DNA from: Octopus vulgaris
Taxonomy: Eukaryota
DNA: 64,000 nucleotides
Assembly (NCBI GenBank): GCA_951406725.2
Contig: OX597814.1
Coordinates: forward strand, 182,776,001 to 182,840,000
Direction of reading: 5' to 3'
The notes beneath the pieces were generated by a model. The model made no database searches. It was not told where the DNA came from and saw only the letters and a list, made by a program, of their open reading frames with translations. The position numbers and the translations under genes were made by a program. Shown here piece after piece: positions 1 to 12,193 of this stretch (position 1 is the first letter of the stretch; every line of letters begins with the position of its first letter).

Positions 1-284
1 CTGTATTACATTTTTCTTTCTTTTCTCTTTTCCTCTTCCCGCTCCACCTCTCACATTTCTTAGCATTCTCTTTCTTTAATCTCTCTACTTTCCTCTGTTA
101 TCTCCCTTGTACGTTCCCCCTTTCTCTCTTGAGTTCCTTCCCTAATTCTTCAATCCCTTTGCTCCCTACCTCTCTCTGTTACCCCCATGTAATTGGTGCT
201 CAGCCAAGCATGATCTTTCTTTCTTGGCCTGACCGCCACTCGCACAACACATTCTTTTCTTGTCTCCTGACTTTCATCAATGTT

Positions 285-680
285 TGTTGCCATAAGGCTT
301 CCACTTCATAAGCAAGCTTAAATTAACTTGTCCTTTTAGTCGAAAGACACCTGTTGTTATTCTTGTTGTTTGTATTTGTAATCGTGTAACATTTTCTCCA
401 TTTTCTCGTGTTTTTTTTTTGTCTGAATCGTCGCACATATTTGCTCACTTTCTTCCAAAAATTTAATGCCCTTAGCTTAGATTTTTGGGGCCTCCCAATT
501 TTCAACAGTCTCAAGTGTAACAGGCTGAAACTGTAGTGATAATTGGAAGCTTGACTGATGAATAGAAAGCCACGAATGTTCTGTCCTGGTTTTCCTGTCT
601 GTCTTTGTATTGTCCATCTGTCCGTATGTTTTCATTGTCATCCATTACATTCTTGTTCCATTTTTTGGATTATATTTATA
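285..680. repeat. Dispersed repeat of unassigned class (possibly a Penelope-like terminal repeat); other copies at 43505-43800 and 36557-36685
   Basis: Shared blocks TAAGGCTT...TTAGTCGAAAGACACCTGTTGTTAT, TCTCAAGT.TAA, TTGAC.GA.GA and TGT.CTGTCC occur in the same order in the copies. Confidence 0.55.
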
Positions 681-1198
681 TGTATATGTAAATCTCTCTA
701 ATTTTAATCTTGACATTGTCTTAATACCGTACATGTTCACAGAGGGAAATATATCCTGAGCCCATTTCATTTAAATCCATCTTGAATGCAGATATCTTTA
801 TGGAACTGCATAAGAAATTCTGCCTTTTCTAGAATCAATTAGGATGTTAGATCAAAATATGTAGGGCATACCCCCACTTACTCCTCTCCCCTATGCATTT
901 TCACTTATGTACATGTTTGTATATACCTTCTATTTTTAAATAAAATACTTTAAATCTTTCTAAAAAAAGGGCCAGTTACTAATTAAATGATGAAATTTGT
1001 CATTAAAATTTAGATAAAAACCAAGTATAACAAGTGACTTACTGGACTTTAGAAATATCACTGTCATGTTTGCCATCATTTGTCAAAATTTGTCATAAAT
1101 TTTTTGCTTCTTTTCATTTTGAGTTGATAGACCTAATTTTTTAAAGCTTACTTTCAAAATACTCAGTAACCTAACCAATTGCATCCCATTCATTATCA

Positions 1199-1334
1199 TG
1201 GCTGTGTAGTTAAGAAGCTTGCTTTGCAACCAAATACTTCTGGGATCAGTCCCACACCATAGCATCTTGGGAAAGTGTCTTTTACTACAGCCCTGGGTTG
1301 ACCAGTATCTTGTGAGTGAATTTGGTAGATGGAA
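1199..1334 (+). mobile_element. 5' head of a tRNA-derived CORE-like SINE
   Basis: GGCTGTGTAGTTAAGAAGCTTGC...CTTGGGAAAGTGTCTT...TTTGGTAGATGGAA matches the head of the full copies at 7585-7981, 37340-37782 and 59232-59660. Confidence 0.75.
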
Positions 1335-3027
1335 TGGGCATGTTGGGCAGCAATCTGGTATCTTCACTGGAGTACATGGGGGCCATGGTATTGGTTCCCG
1401 AAAAGAAGGGGGAACTAGGCTACTGGAGTTCTGTGATGCATATAACCTTTTAATCTGCAACACTAACTTCAGGAAGCCAGGCAGCCACTTGATAACCTAT
1501 CAATCAGGTGACTCTGCTGGCCAGATTGATTTCGTCTTCACCAGACAGTGGGACGCAGGGTTGCTCTTAAATACAAAGACCCTACCGGGTGAAGAATGTA
1601 CCCACCAGCATAGACTAGTCATTAGTGATTTTAGATTCGAAGCCAGAAGGATCCCAAGAAGCAGACCAATCCAGAAAATAAGGATTTGGAAGCTAAAGAA
1701 CCCTTCACATGGTCAGAAATTTAGGGACATCCCCATTAAGAAATTTGAGAGGGAGGAGAAGCTACAGACCTCGGACATAGAGCGTAGCTGGAAATTCCTA
1801 CGGGACAGTTTACTGAGTGCCACAGACCAAGTCTGTGGATGGTGCAAAGTCCCTTCCAGACCTAGAGTAACGTAGTGGTGGAATAATACGGTAGACAAAG
1901 CCATTAGAGCAAAGAAACAGGCCTGGAAAACTTGGAAGAGTTGGGGTAGCAGGAAACTGTACCAGAAAGCCAGAGGGGAGTCTGGGCGAAAGGTATACAA
2001 GGAAGAGGCAGAAAAGAAGTTTACCAATGTCCAGCAACGTGAGGACCAAAGAACTGAAGTATTTCGGATTGTGTGTGAGAGAAAATTGTAATGTCACAGG
2101 AGAGAAATGTGTCCGCATAGATGATGGTGCACTTGCTTTTAATAATTCGGATAAGAAGGAGGCTTGGAGAAGCCATTATGAAAGACTGCTGAACGTGGAG
2201 AATAAATGAGAGGAGAAGAGCCTGCCAAATGTTGACTCAGTAAAGGGACCAGGTATCCCTGGTAGATAAAGCAATTAAGGGTATGAAGCCAGGAAAAGCC
2301 CCCGGCCCATCAGGAATCACTGCTGAGATGCTTAAAACATCTGGTGGTGTGGGTTATGGCCTAGTTACCCGTATTGTAAACCAGGTAGTTCATGATGGAG
2401 TCATACCCAATGACTGGCGTAGTAGCACCATAGTCAACTGCTACAAGGGTAAAGGTGATGCTTTAGACAGAAATAACTACAGGGATATCAAACTGCTTGA
2501 TCAGGTGATGAAGGTTACGGAGAGGGTCCGCTTAGATGAGATGCAGTTCGGTTTTGTGCCAAGTAGAAGCACCACTGATGCTATATTCCTGGTACGGCAA
2601 CTGCAGGAGAAATATCTAGCCAAAGATAAATCCCTATACTTGACTTTTGTGTACTTGGAGAAAACCTTTGACAGGGTCCCCTGATCCCTTATCTGGTGGG
2701 CGATGCGGAAACTGGGGATTGACGAATGGTTAATAAGGGCTGTACAAGCCCTATACAGAGATGTCGTTAGTAAGGTTAGGGTTGGTAATAAGTATAGTGA
2801 AGAATTCCGGGTAGAAGTAGGGGCCCACCAAGGATCAGCCCTCAGCCCCCTCTTATTCATCATAGTCCTCTAGCCAATAACAGAGGAATTCAAGATAGGT
2901 TGCCCCTGGGACCTCCTCTATGCTGATGATCTGGCCCTCATAGCAGAATCACTACCAGAACTAGAGAAGAAATTTCAGGTCTGGAAGGAAGGTTTAGAAT
3001 CGAAGGGCCTCAGAGTCAATGTCGCAA
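1333..3027 (+). mobile_element. Degenerate RTE-clade LINE (APE endonuclease C-terminus plus reverse transcriptase)
   Basis: NGHVG..GVHGG.G.G, NLLICNTNFRK, QIDF, HRLV (APE); GKAPGPSGI, YKGKGD, NYRDIKLL, QFGF, STTDAIF, LYADDL (RT); broken by stops and frameshifts. Confidence 0.92.
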
Positions 3028-5255
3028 AGTCCTTCCATCTCCTGTTTATCATGTAATGATAGTATGGAAAGAACACCCGCCAGTATCAGGTCCTTTGTTG
3101 GCTTGTACTTGATATTGTAGTCATACTTTAGGAGTCTCAGCAATAACCTTTGCAGTCTGACTGGTGATTTTGTGAGTTTTTTTTTTCTGTCTGTTTGTTC
3201 AAGAGAGCAATGATCTGACTCAATATTGAAGTGTCTGCCGTACAAATATGTATGAAACTCTTCACAGCTATGGACTACCGCTAGGAGTTCCCTTTCTATG
3301 TTTGCATACCTTGTCTCTGTGGGTGAGAGAGCTTTCGACGCATATGCAATAGGTCTACCTTCTTGTATCAATGCTGCACCAACTCCTTTCATAGAAGCAT
3401 CGACTTGGAGTGTTACTGGTTTGCGTCTGTCATAGTACTGCAGAGTTGTCTCCTTGCTAATGAGCTTTTTAATTGTGCTGAAATCCTGTGTGTGAAGCGC
3501 ACCAACCAAACTCTTGCTTTCGGAGGTTTGCAGTGTGTTCGGCCAGCTTGGGTAAGAAGGCTCTCATGTAGTGGATAAATTCCAAGAAGCTTCTGAGTTC
3601 CTTCTTATCTTTGGGTTCTTTTGATGTGACCGCTGGCTTCCACTTTTGCGGGATCTGGTTTCACTCCCTCTGCAGAGTATATCATTCCAAATAATTTGCA
3701 CTCGTCTGCTTTGATCGCACATTTGTCTGCATTGAGCTTGATACCTGCTTGTCGTGTTTTCTCCATAGCTTCATGTAGATTGTAGTTATGTGTGATCTAA
3801 TCCTTGCTATACACTTAGATATCGACTACTATCTCGATTGCTCCCTTGCAGCCTTGGTAGGTCTCATTTACTTGGCATTGGAAGACATCTAGGCTCACCT
3901 TTAACTCAAATGGGAATCGGTTGAATTTGTATCTACCTAATGGTGTGTTGAAGTTAGTGAGCATGGATAGTTCTCGATCTACCTTTATATTCCGGTGCTC
4001 ATTTCTGGTATCCAGTTTGCTGAATATCTTAGATCCAGTTAATGATGGTGTGATTTCTTCAATGGTTAGAATTGGGTAAGTAGTCGCGTTTTAATGCCTT
4101 GTTCAGATCCCCGGGGTCAAGGCATATTCGTAGGGTACTATTGGGTTTTCCCTTAATTGTGTTCACCCAGTCAGTTGGTTGTGTCACTTTGGTGATTATT
4201 TGTCTTTTTTTTTCCATTTTGTCTAACACTTTCAGCGACACTCCCAATTCTAGCGGAACACGGTGAAGTGGGTGAACAACTGGCTTGACGTTGAGATCGA
4301 CTGTTACATGATACCGATACTTCTCCGACTGTATCATCAAAACATTCCGGGTACATGCTCATTAGTTCGTCTTTATTTTTAATTGGTAGTCGGTCTTCCA
4401 TAGGCATATCTCTGTCAATCCTGCATTCATTTCACTGTTGATTGTCGAGCTTCTGGCGGGTATTAAATCCGAGAATTGCAGGTCCTTCTGTTCTTGTAAC
4501 ATAAAAAGAACACTTGATTTTTTTCCCCCTTTGTGCGTTCCTGTAGTGGTTGTTTTGCCCAGTTGTGGAATCCTGGTACCCCCATATGCAGTCAAGACTA
4601 CATCACTTGGTGTGAGGATTCCTTCTTTGACCTTTACCTTTTGCATCATGTGTTCTGGGAACATCTTTTTGTAGAAGTTGACAGGGAAGATATCGCTATG
4701 GGCTCCAGCGTCGATCTTTAACTTTAGGTCAATGTTTGTTCGTTTCTTGCCTGACTTCTTTCAGATTTGTATTGTTGTGTATGCCTCATTTTTTTTTTTG
4801 GTTGTCATTTCCCATCTCGTATATTTATTGTACCGACTGCCAAGAATTCTTCCTCTGAAGTGTTTTATTCCTGTTGAACATGTACATCTCTTTATCTTTC
4901 CTTTCCTCTCCTCTTTGAAAGTTGAGCCTTGTATTTGTGAGATTTTGTTAATCTACACATTTCTTTCCAGTGGTTGGGCTTTCCACATGCTTTGCAGTGT
5001 GTATCGAATGCAGGACATTTTCTCCGGTCATTGAACTCATGCTCATTGAATAGATCTAAATCTTTCTCTCCCATCCATAAAAGGATGTAGTTTACTTTTT
5101 CGTCGGCGGTTGTACCTTTCAGGAAGCTTTTGAAAGCCAATAGCCTTTTCTGTTTGAATTTCTTGACCGCATCTACGACATCATCGGCGTCCCAGTTGTG
5201 TTCCTGTTTTATTGTAATGGCACGGTTTTCGATTAAGCACTCATTGCTGCCACCA
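3028..5255 (-). mobile_element. Degenerate Ty3/Gypsy LTR retrotransposon internal region (gag zinc knuckle, protease, RT, RNase H; integrase absent)
   Basis: CKACGKPNHWKEMC CCHC knuckle; KIDAGA protease-like motif near 4700; LRICLDP (RT); LQVDAS.KGVGA, IAYASKAL, RYANIERELLAVV (RNase H); PBS-like CA|TGGTGGCAGC at 5246-5257. Confidence 0.92.
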
Positions 5256-5337
5256 TGTGTTGGGACAACGAAACAGCTCATTGGAGGTGTAAATATGATT
5301 TGACCATGTTTATTTACTTAGCATGTTTATATATGTA

Positions 5338-5736
5338 CTAGCAGTATCGCCCGGCGTTGCTCGGGTTTGTAAGGGAAATAACTATATAAGCATTTTTAGA
5401 GAGTTATAGCCAAAAAATAGCAAAAAAATGCATTAAAAATTGAAAAAAAATTAAGGTAAATTTTGTTTTTAAATCGTTGACACATCGTAGATATTTTTAG
5501 AGAGTTACTTCCCTTATATAATAGCGAAAAAAATGCATTAAAATGGAAAAATATGATGGTAAATTTTTTTTAAATCGTAGACTCATCGTAGACGCGCGCT
5601 AATACCCAGAAGGGCTCGATATGAATCACGACTATAAGATACCCGCTTTTGGTTAAACTGCACCGCAAAATGTGGGAGTAGTTACGAATCTAAATCGTAG
5701 GAGACAGACACACAACTTCACTCTTATATATAAAGA
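5338..5736 (-). mobile_element. Non-autonomous Helitron, family A
   Basis: On the minus strand it starts TC(TTTATATATAA) and ends with hairpin CCCGAGCAACGCCGGG plus CTAG, between A and T with no TSD; second copy at 42634-42939. Confidence 0.8.
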
Positions 5737-5989
5737 TATAAGCCACGTAGTTATATACACATACTTTGTTATATACACATTCTTAAAAGAAAATGTTATT
5801 TTGAACACAACATTTATAAAGAATAAAATATTTTTTGGTTTTTCTTAACGGATGCATACATTTATTAATAACTATATATAAGTGTCGTCTGTTTATACAT
5901 AAACACTGTTTCATACTGCAATTATATATACATATATCTATATATAATATTATATAATAAAATATATACAGAATATGTGTATATATTTA

Positions 5990-6834
5990 TGTATGTATGG
6001 CTCGCCAATTAATACTACCAAAATTTAACGACAGAAAGTAAAATAAAAACCAATTTACCTTTTCTGTATTGTTATAGCAATTCGACCGTCCGTGTGTCTT
6101 TGCAAATGTGTTGGAATGAGAAGTGAGTTGTGTTTTGGCGCGTTTTTTACTAATAACAAACACACACGTGTTTGTATGTAGTTGTTTGAAACGTTTGTGT
6201 TTGTCACTGTCATATATGTATGTGTATGCGTGTGTGTGAGGAATGACACACACACACTCACGCACGCACACATGTACATCAATGCTTTCGGAGTGAAATG
6301 TTAAAATATTGAGTTTTCTCGAATGTTGTCTTAATTGGGGGTAAAACTGAAAGAAATTTTGTATGGCATGACCCAATGGAAGTACTTTGAAAAATCATGG
6401 GTAAACTCTAATTGAAGAAATTGTGTGAGGAGTAAATCGTTATGTATTTATTTGTTTGTGTTTGCTGTGTTTTTTTTAGTAGTGGTTTAAGGTACACTTC
6501 TCTCGTTTCACTTTAATCGTTGCAAACTTGCAAAGAGAAAGTCGTAGAAATTAGAGTGATAGCGTGAGTGAATCAGATCGCTCCCTTTTTGTGTGTGTGT
6601 GTGTGTGCGTGTGCTATAGCCCACACTAAGAAAGGCACTTGACTCACACACCACAATGTGAGTTTTCTCTAAATTTTGCTTAATTGGGGTTGAAATTTTA
6701 AAAACGACCTGGCACGACCCGATGCATTCTACTCTTAATAATGCTAGGTAAATTGTAATTGAAGAAATCCTATATTGTAGATTTCTATAAGAGACAAAGG
6801 GAGGCAGATAAAATCTGCCTTTTATAATAAGAGA
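5990..6834 (-). mobile_element. Unclassified repeat with a Helitron-like 5' end
   Basis: Minus strand starts A|TCTCTTATTATAAAAGG; internal duplicated blocks near 6310-6420 and 6660-6770; no 3' hairpin or CTAG found. Confidence 0.3.
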
Positions 6835-6950
6835 TACGAGGTCTGCTCAATAAGTACCCTGGCTGTTGCCATAGTAACGAAGCTAAAGCACGCAGAGTGA
6901 AGCCGCTTGGCATAGATTGACCGTGAACTCTGCTGTGCATGCGCACTAAA
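6835..6950. mobile_element. Possible mariner-like terminal fragment
   Basis: TACGAGG..TGCTCAATAAGT resembles mariner TIR starts; no partner TIR seen. Confidence 0.3.
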
Positions 6951-7584
6951 GCAGTACTTGAAAGGCTTTTAGCAGTATTAGAGGGGTTATATTTGCTTCG
7001 TTTACAAAAGTAATGGTATACATGCATGCAGGGCTACGTAAAAGGGGAACGACCAGTAATGTGTCGGGCACTCAGAGAGCTAAGAAATGGCTCGTTTGTA
7101 TCTAACAGGCGCCCTCCTTAAAAGAAATCCTTCATATCTTCCTTGAGAGGCTTCCGCTTCCCGAAGACTTGAAAGTAATCTTGTTCTGCATTGCACAACT
7201 TCCCTCGGATCCCCTTCATGCATGCATACGTATATAGATACATACAACCTCTACTATTAAGAACATGGTTGTATGTCAATATAAATAGTCAATAGCGTGG
7301 CGAGTTGGCAGAGTCTTTATCACGCCGGGAAAAATGCTTAGCGGCATTTCGTCCGTCTTTACGCTCTGGGTTCAAACCTCTAAGTTATGGAGACGTTACT
7401 TTAAATGTGGTGCTGGACACACAGTTACCTTTTAAAGATGTGAATTGGTAACAGTTGCCTTTTGTTAAGTATCATATAAATAGTCATTGGGAACACGGGA
7501 AACGACTAACGGTTTTGTATGTTGTTTAGAAACGTTGTATGTTCGATTCGAGTGTAGGACAAAACCCCCTCGTTTATATTTTTC

Positions 7585-7791
7585 GTTTTTTCCCTTTACT
7601 TGTTTCAGTCATTTGACTGTGGCCATGCTGGAGCACCGCCTTTTAGTCGAGCAAATCGACCCCAGGACTTATTCTTTTTAAGCCTAGTTCTTATTCTATC
7701 GGTCTCTCTTGCTGAACCGCTAAGTGACGGGGACGTAAACACACCAGCATAGGTTGTCAAGCGATGGTGGAACAAACACGGACACACAAAC

Positions 7792-7831
<40 letters not shown>

Positions 7832-7981
7832 GACGGGCTTCTTTCAGTTTCCGTCTACCAAATCCAGTCAAGGCTTTGGTCGGCCTGAGGCTATAATAGA
7901 AGACACTTGCCCAAGGTGCCATGCAGTGGGACTGAACCTGGAACCATGTGGTTGGTAAGCAAGCTACTTACTACACAGCCA
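7585..7981 (-). mobile_element. Full-length tRNA-derived CORE-like SINE with internal (TA)n
   Basis: Head GGCTGTGTAGTAAG, B box GGTTCAGTCCC, GGCACCTTGGGCAAGTGTCTT core, tail CCAGCATGGCCACAGTCAAATGACTGAAACAAGTAAA. Confidence 0.85.
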
Positions 7982-8772
7982 CAACGGCAATCGCGGTTGT
8001 GAAACACTTTTATTTTCCAATTTTTAAGCAAACCAAAATATATTGAATCAAAAATAAATAAGTAGAATAGAATAACAGAACACAAGACTCTTTACTACTC
8101 AATGTACATAATGTCTGAATTCTAACAAAAGGGAAAGCATTTACTTAAAAAAATATGTAGAAAGATAGAAACGATAAGAAGTACGTTTGAACGTCTAATT
8201 CTGTTAAACCTTCAACGGCTGGAGAAAGTTCAAAAGGTCAGCTCATTTTCATTCTCATTAATCGATAAATCCAGAGAGAAGAAAACAAACGACTTGAAAT
8301 TTAGATTTTATAATGCTGATTTTTCTGTGACTAAAAATTCTTCAAGGCGGTGCCCCAGCACGACCGCAGTCTAATGACTGAAACAAGCAAGAAAATAAAA
8401 AAAAAAAACTTTCTGTGGTCGATACAATCGACTAAAAATTCCTCAATTGCTACAGTCTAATGATTGAAACAAGTAAAAAAGGTAAAAAAAAAATAATAAA
8501 AAAACGAAACGAAAAATAACCAAAAATATAACCAAGGGAATTTTGTCCGCTTTCACACTTTATCTAAGGGGTTTTGTCACAGGCGGTTCTTGTCTGGATC
8601 CCGTTCGATTCATAGTTTCCAGTCTTAACAAGGCTGTACAGGTCGTTTCTTTGCGAACTTGCTAGCTTGAAACAGATGCAGTGTTGTAAGATACAGTAGT
8701 GATTGGTATAAATGACAAGAAATAAATAACGGTTATAATGACCTTTATTTACCATTACAGTATAGAACTGCT

Positions 8773-9189
8773 AAGGCGGAGAGCTGGCAGAAACGTTAGC
8801 ACGCCGGGCGAAATGCTTAGCAGTATTTTGTCTGCCGTTACGTTGAGAGTTCAAATTCCGCCGAGGTCGACTTTGCCTTTCAGCCTTTCGGGGTCGATAA
8901 ATTAAGTACCAGTTACGCACTGGGGTCGATGTAATCGACTTAATACCTATGTCTGTCCTTGTTTGTCCCCTCTGTGTTTAGCCCCTTGTGGGTTATAAAG
9001 AAATAGGTATTTTGTCTGCCGTTACGTTGTGAGTTCAAATTCCGCCGAGGTCGACTTTGCCCTTCATCCTTTCGGGGTCGATAAATTAAGTACCAGTTAC
9101 GCACTGGGGTCGATGTAATCGACTTCATCCCTTTGTCTGTCCTTGTTTGTCCCCTCTATGTTTAGCCCCTTGTGGGCAATAAAGAAATA
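8773..9189 (+). mobile_element. Meta-domain-like tRNA SINE, head plus 2 tandem ~184-bp units
   Basis: Head AAGGCGG.GAGCTGGCAGAA, B-box-like GAGTTCAAATTCC, GCCTTTCATCCTTTCGGGGTCGATAAA..AGTACCAG domain; TSD AGTATAGAACTGCT at 8759-8772 and 9190-9203. Confidence 0.9.
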
Positions 9190-9441
9190 AGTATAGAACT
9201 GCTTCGAGTTGGTGTTGTATAGAGCTTAGTCGAACTTTTGTTATCATCCGTGAAGAATGCTGCGGTCAGTTGTAGATTAATGCTATGTGGTTCAAGAAAG
9301 AGAAGACAAGATAGAGCAAGAGAATTTACCTCTCTAGATTGTCGAGTACAGAGAGTAAGATATATGTGGTACCTATGTGACAGCCATGAGTAAAGAGAGG
9401 GAGACCTCTCTCTGACAGTGATCAGGAAACAAGACAGTGAT

Positions 9442-9675
9442 AAGGCGGCGAGCTGGCAGAAACATTAGCACACCGGGCGAAATGCGTAGCCGTATTTCGT
9501 CTGCCGTTACGTTCTGAGTTCAAATTCCGCCGAGGTTAACTTTGCCTTTCATCCTTTCGGGGGTCGATAAATTAAGTACCAGTTACGCACTGGGGTCGAT
9601 GTAATCGGCTTAATCCGTTTGTCTGTCCTTGTTTGTCCCCTTTATGTTTAGCCCCTTGTGGGTAATAAAGAAACA
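9442..9675 (+). mobile_element. Meta-domain-like SINE, head plus 1 unit
   Basis: 16-bp TSD GAAACAAGACAGTGAT at 9426-9441 and 9676-9691. Confidence 0.92.
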
Positions 9676-10178
9676 GAAACAAGACAGTGATGTACTTCTG
9701 CTAAATGAAGAATAAAAGAGAGGTATAGTCGAGTGAAAGACAGGTATGTACCTCTCGCAAAGTGCCGAAAGAAAGAAAAAGTATCATATTTGTTCTATAT
9801 TTAATTTCCTAGCTAAAGAAGGGCAGGGGGGTAAAAGATTTTTTGTCGGTTATCTAGTCTGAACTGCTCTTGAACTGCGAAGTTGAGAGATGTCTTGTAA
9901 ATTTTGAAGTATATTTAAACGGAACAAAGTGGGGGAAAATCCAAGAACCAACCGTTTCACAACTTTTCTTTTAAACGTTAAGCATTGATAAATATGGGAT
10001 CCGGACAAAAGTTCCCTAGGGCAAAAGACCCTTAGAACAAAGCCCCATATTTAAAGTGCGAAAGTGGACAATAGCCTCACGGTTATATTTTTCGGTTATT
10101 TAAAATCAAGGATTATTTTGTCTGCAAACTTATTTGACTACGTTGTACGACAGTATTACTGTCTTACATGCCGTGATG

Positions 10179-10498
10179 AGACCCCCTTCGGTCACGACAC
10201 AGACCATGGGATTGCACCTAGAAAGTTATCCTTCCAGACACAAGTCCGGGCAAGGCTGTTTATGGAAGACCAGCAGTCACCCATGCATACCGGCCTCCCC
10301 TCTCCACGCCACCAGTGTTATCCAGGGGAAAAGCAAAGGCCGATACAGCTTGACACCTGTGACGTCGCAACTCACTTCTACAGCTGAGTGAACTGGAGCA
10401 ACGTGAAATAAAGTATCTTGCTCAAGAACACAACACGCGCCCGGTCCGGGATTCGAGCTCACAACCTCACGATCGTAAGCTCGACGCTCTAACCACTA
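10179..10498 (-). mobile_element. tRNA-derived SINE with V-like domain, tail type GACCCCCTTCGGTCA
   Basis: Near-identical to 48935-49273; TTGAGCAAGA.ACTT...GCTCCAGTTCACTCAGCTG core. Confidence 0.85.
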
Positions 10499-11444
10499 AA
10501 GTTAGTGCAGCATCTTTTTAATTGCCAAACAATAAGATTTCCTCTATTACTTCAGCTTTATGTCACTAAGGTAAGCAATTTGTCAGGAAACACTACGTGA
10601 TTATCTGACTTGGTAAGAATATTTACTATATCTTCCTCAAATCGTACCCTACTAATGAAATAAATGTCTATTGGATAACGTAGCATGAGGGAAACTATAG
10701 TGAAAAAAAAACCCGGATAGTCAGGACGACTTATGTCAACTCGATCAGGGCTAATCTAGTTCTAACCTTCCCATCGTTACGTGTTGCTACGTAACCGTAC
10801 AAGAGAGCTTTGCCTACTGAACTATCACACTCTGTGTGGATGGCAATGCCGTGTTTTCAAATGAAAATAATGTGTGTTTGTGTGCGTGAGAGAGAGAGAC
10901 ATAGGAAAAGAAGGAGAGTTCAGGTAACATGATACGATGTGAAGACTGTTATGTTGACGAAAACTGGCTTTAAAACATCTCAGCACGTTACTCATATACT
11001 TGAACAAAGATCAGATGTTAGATAAATTTCATTGTTGTAATTAGGTAGATAACTTTATAGAGACTTTACAGATGACTTTGCCGAAAAAAATTTATATTGC
11101 TGAAATTGGATTACCTCACTGGGAGAAATTTTAAAATAAATAAAAACTAGAAATGACAGTTAAAAAGCTAAGTGTTAAAAAAGAAAAAAAAACCTGTTCG
11201 TAGATTTTGTTTCTTTTTGCTGACGATATTTTAGGAAGTAGTTACAAGATTGACCTTCTCTTTTTTTTTTTAAAGTATTTTTTTAGCAAGGCATCTGTCA
11301 TGTTTTGTTGTCGTTGTTGTTGTTGTTGGTGGTGTGGTGTTTTACCTACTTTTATCATATCGTACATACGGTTATATGAGTTTTAATTCCTCCTGATACG
11401 TGATTTTTCTCCCCTACAAAAACCACTGTGTGGGTGTGTACGTG

Positions 11445-11519
11445 CACGCGCGCACGCACGCACGCACGCACGCACATACATACATACATACATACTCACT
11501 CACTCACTCACTCACTCAC

Positions 11520-11565
<46 letters not shown>

Positions 11566-11580
11566 GCACACACACACGCG
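11445..11580. repeat. Compound microsatellite (CACG)n(CATA)n(CACT)n(CT)n
   Basis: Directly visible. Confidence 0.95.
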
Positions 11581-11819
11581 CGTTATATAATACAGTTTGA
11601 TATTCGGTCCCACGCAACTTAAAGTTTCGTAGGTTTCTGTAACAAACCTTATTCTCATCCAAAATGGAGACGAGTACCAACACTTTCATGTGGTACGCTT
11701 GAACAATTGTGAAGATCTTTTCACATGAAACCATTGGTTGCCTTGTTAATCCATAAATAAAGAATACTTATCTACCAAGACGGTCTTGAGCACTCATTCT
11801 CACTGTTCGATATTAGTGT

Positions 11820-12193
11820 ATATATATATGTAACATATGGTATAATTATAAACAGGGCAAATTTTAGCCATTTCACCGCAGACCGAAAAAATGATGAACA
11901 GCCTTAATCGATTTTCGAACCTTATTGGACTCTCATCAGAGGCGTCCACATCATTCTCACAGTCTCCTAAGAAACCAGCAGCCAAAGTAACAAATGCAGA
12001 AGTTACTCTATGAAGGAGTTCCTAATTTCCATACCGAAAGTGTTTAACACTCTATAAATACCAGCGGCCTCTCAACGAGGATATTAGTCCACACAGTATC
12101 AAGGTATGGTATAATATATATGTAACATATGGTATAATTTTGAACAGGGTAAATTTTAGCCATTTCACCGCAGACTGAAAAAAATGATGAACA
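11820..12193 (-). mobile_element. Hammerhead-containing partial tandem repeat (retrozyme-like or Penelope pseudo-LTR), period ~293 nt
   Basis: An ~80-bp direct repeat at 11820-11900 and 12114-12193 brackets a hammerhead motif. Confidence 0.7.
11896..11947 (-). ncRNA. Minimal type I hammerhead ribozyme
   Basis: Minus strand reads GGACGCCT-CTGATGA-GAGTCCAATAAGGTTC-GAAA-ATCGAT-TA-AGGCTGTTC: intact core, stem I GCCT/AGGC, stem II, palindromic short stem III. Confidence 0.8.

Noticed and set aside
550-590. Hammerhead at GACTGATGA (also 36585-36615)
   Set aside because: GAAA is replaced by GAAT, stems I and II cannot be formed, and the third copy has CCGAGGA
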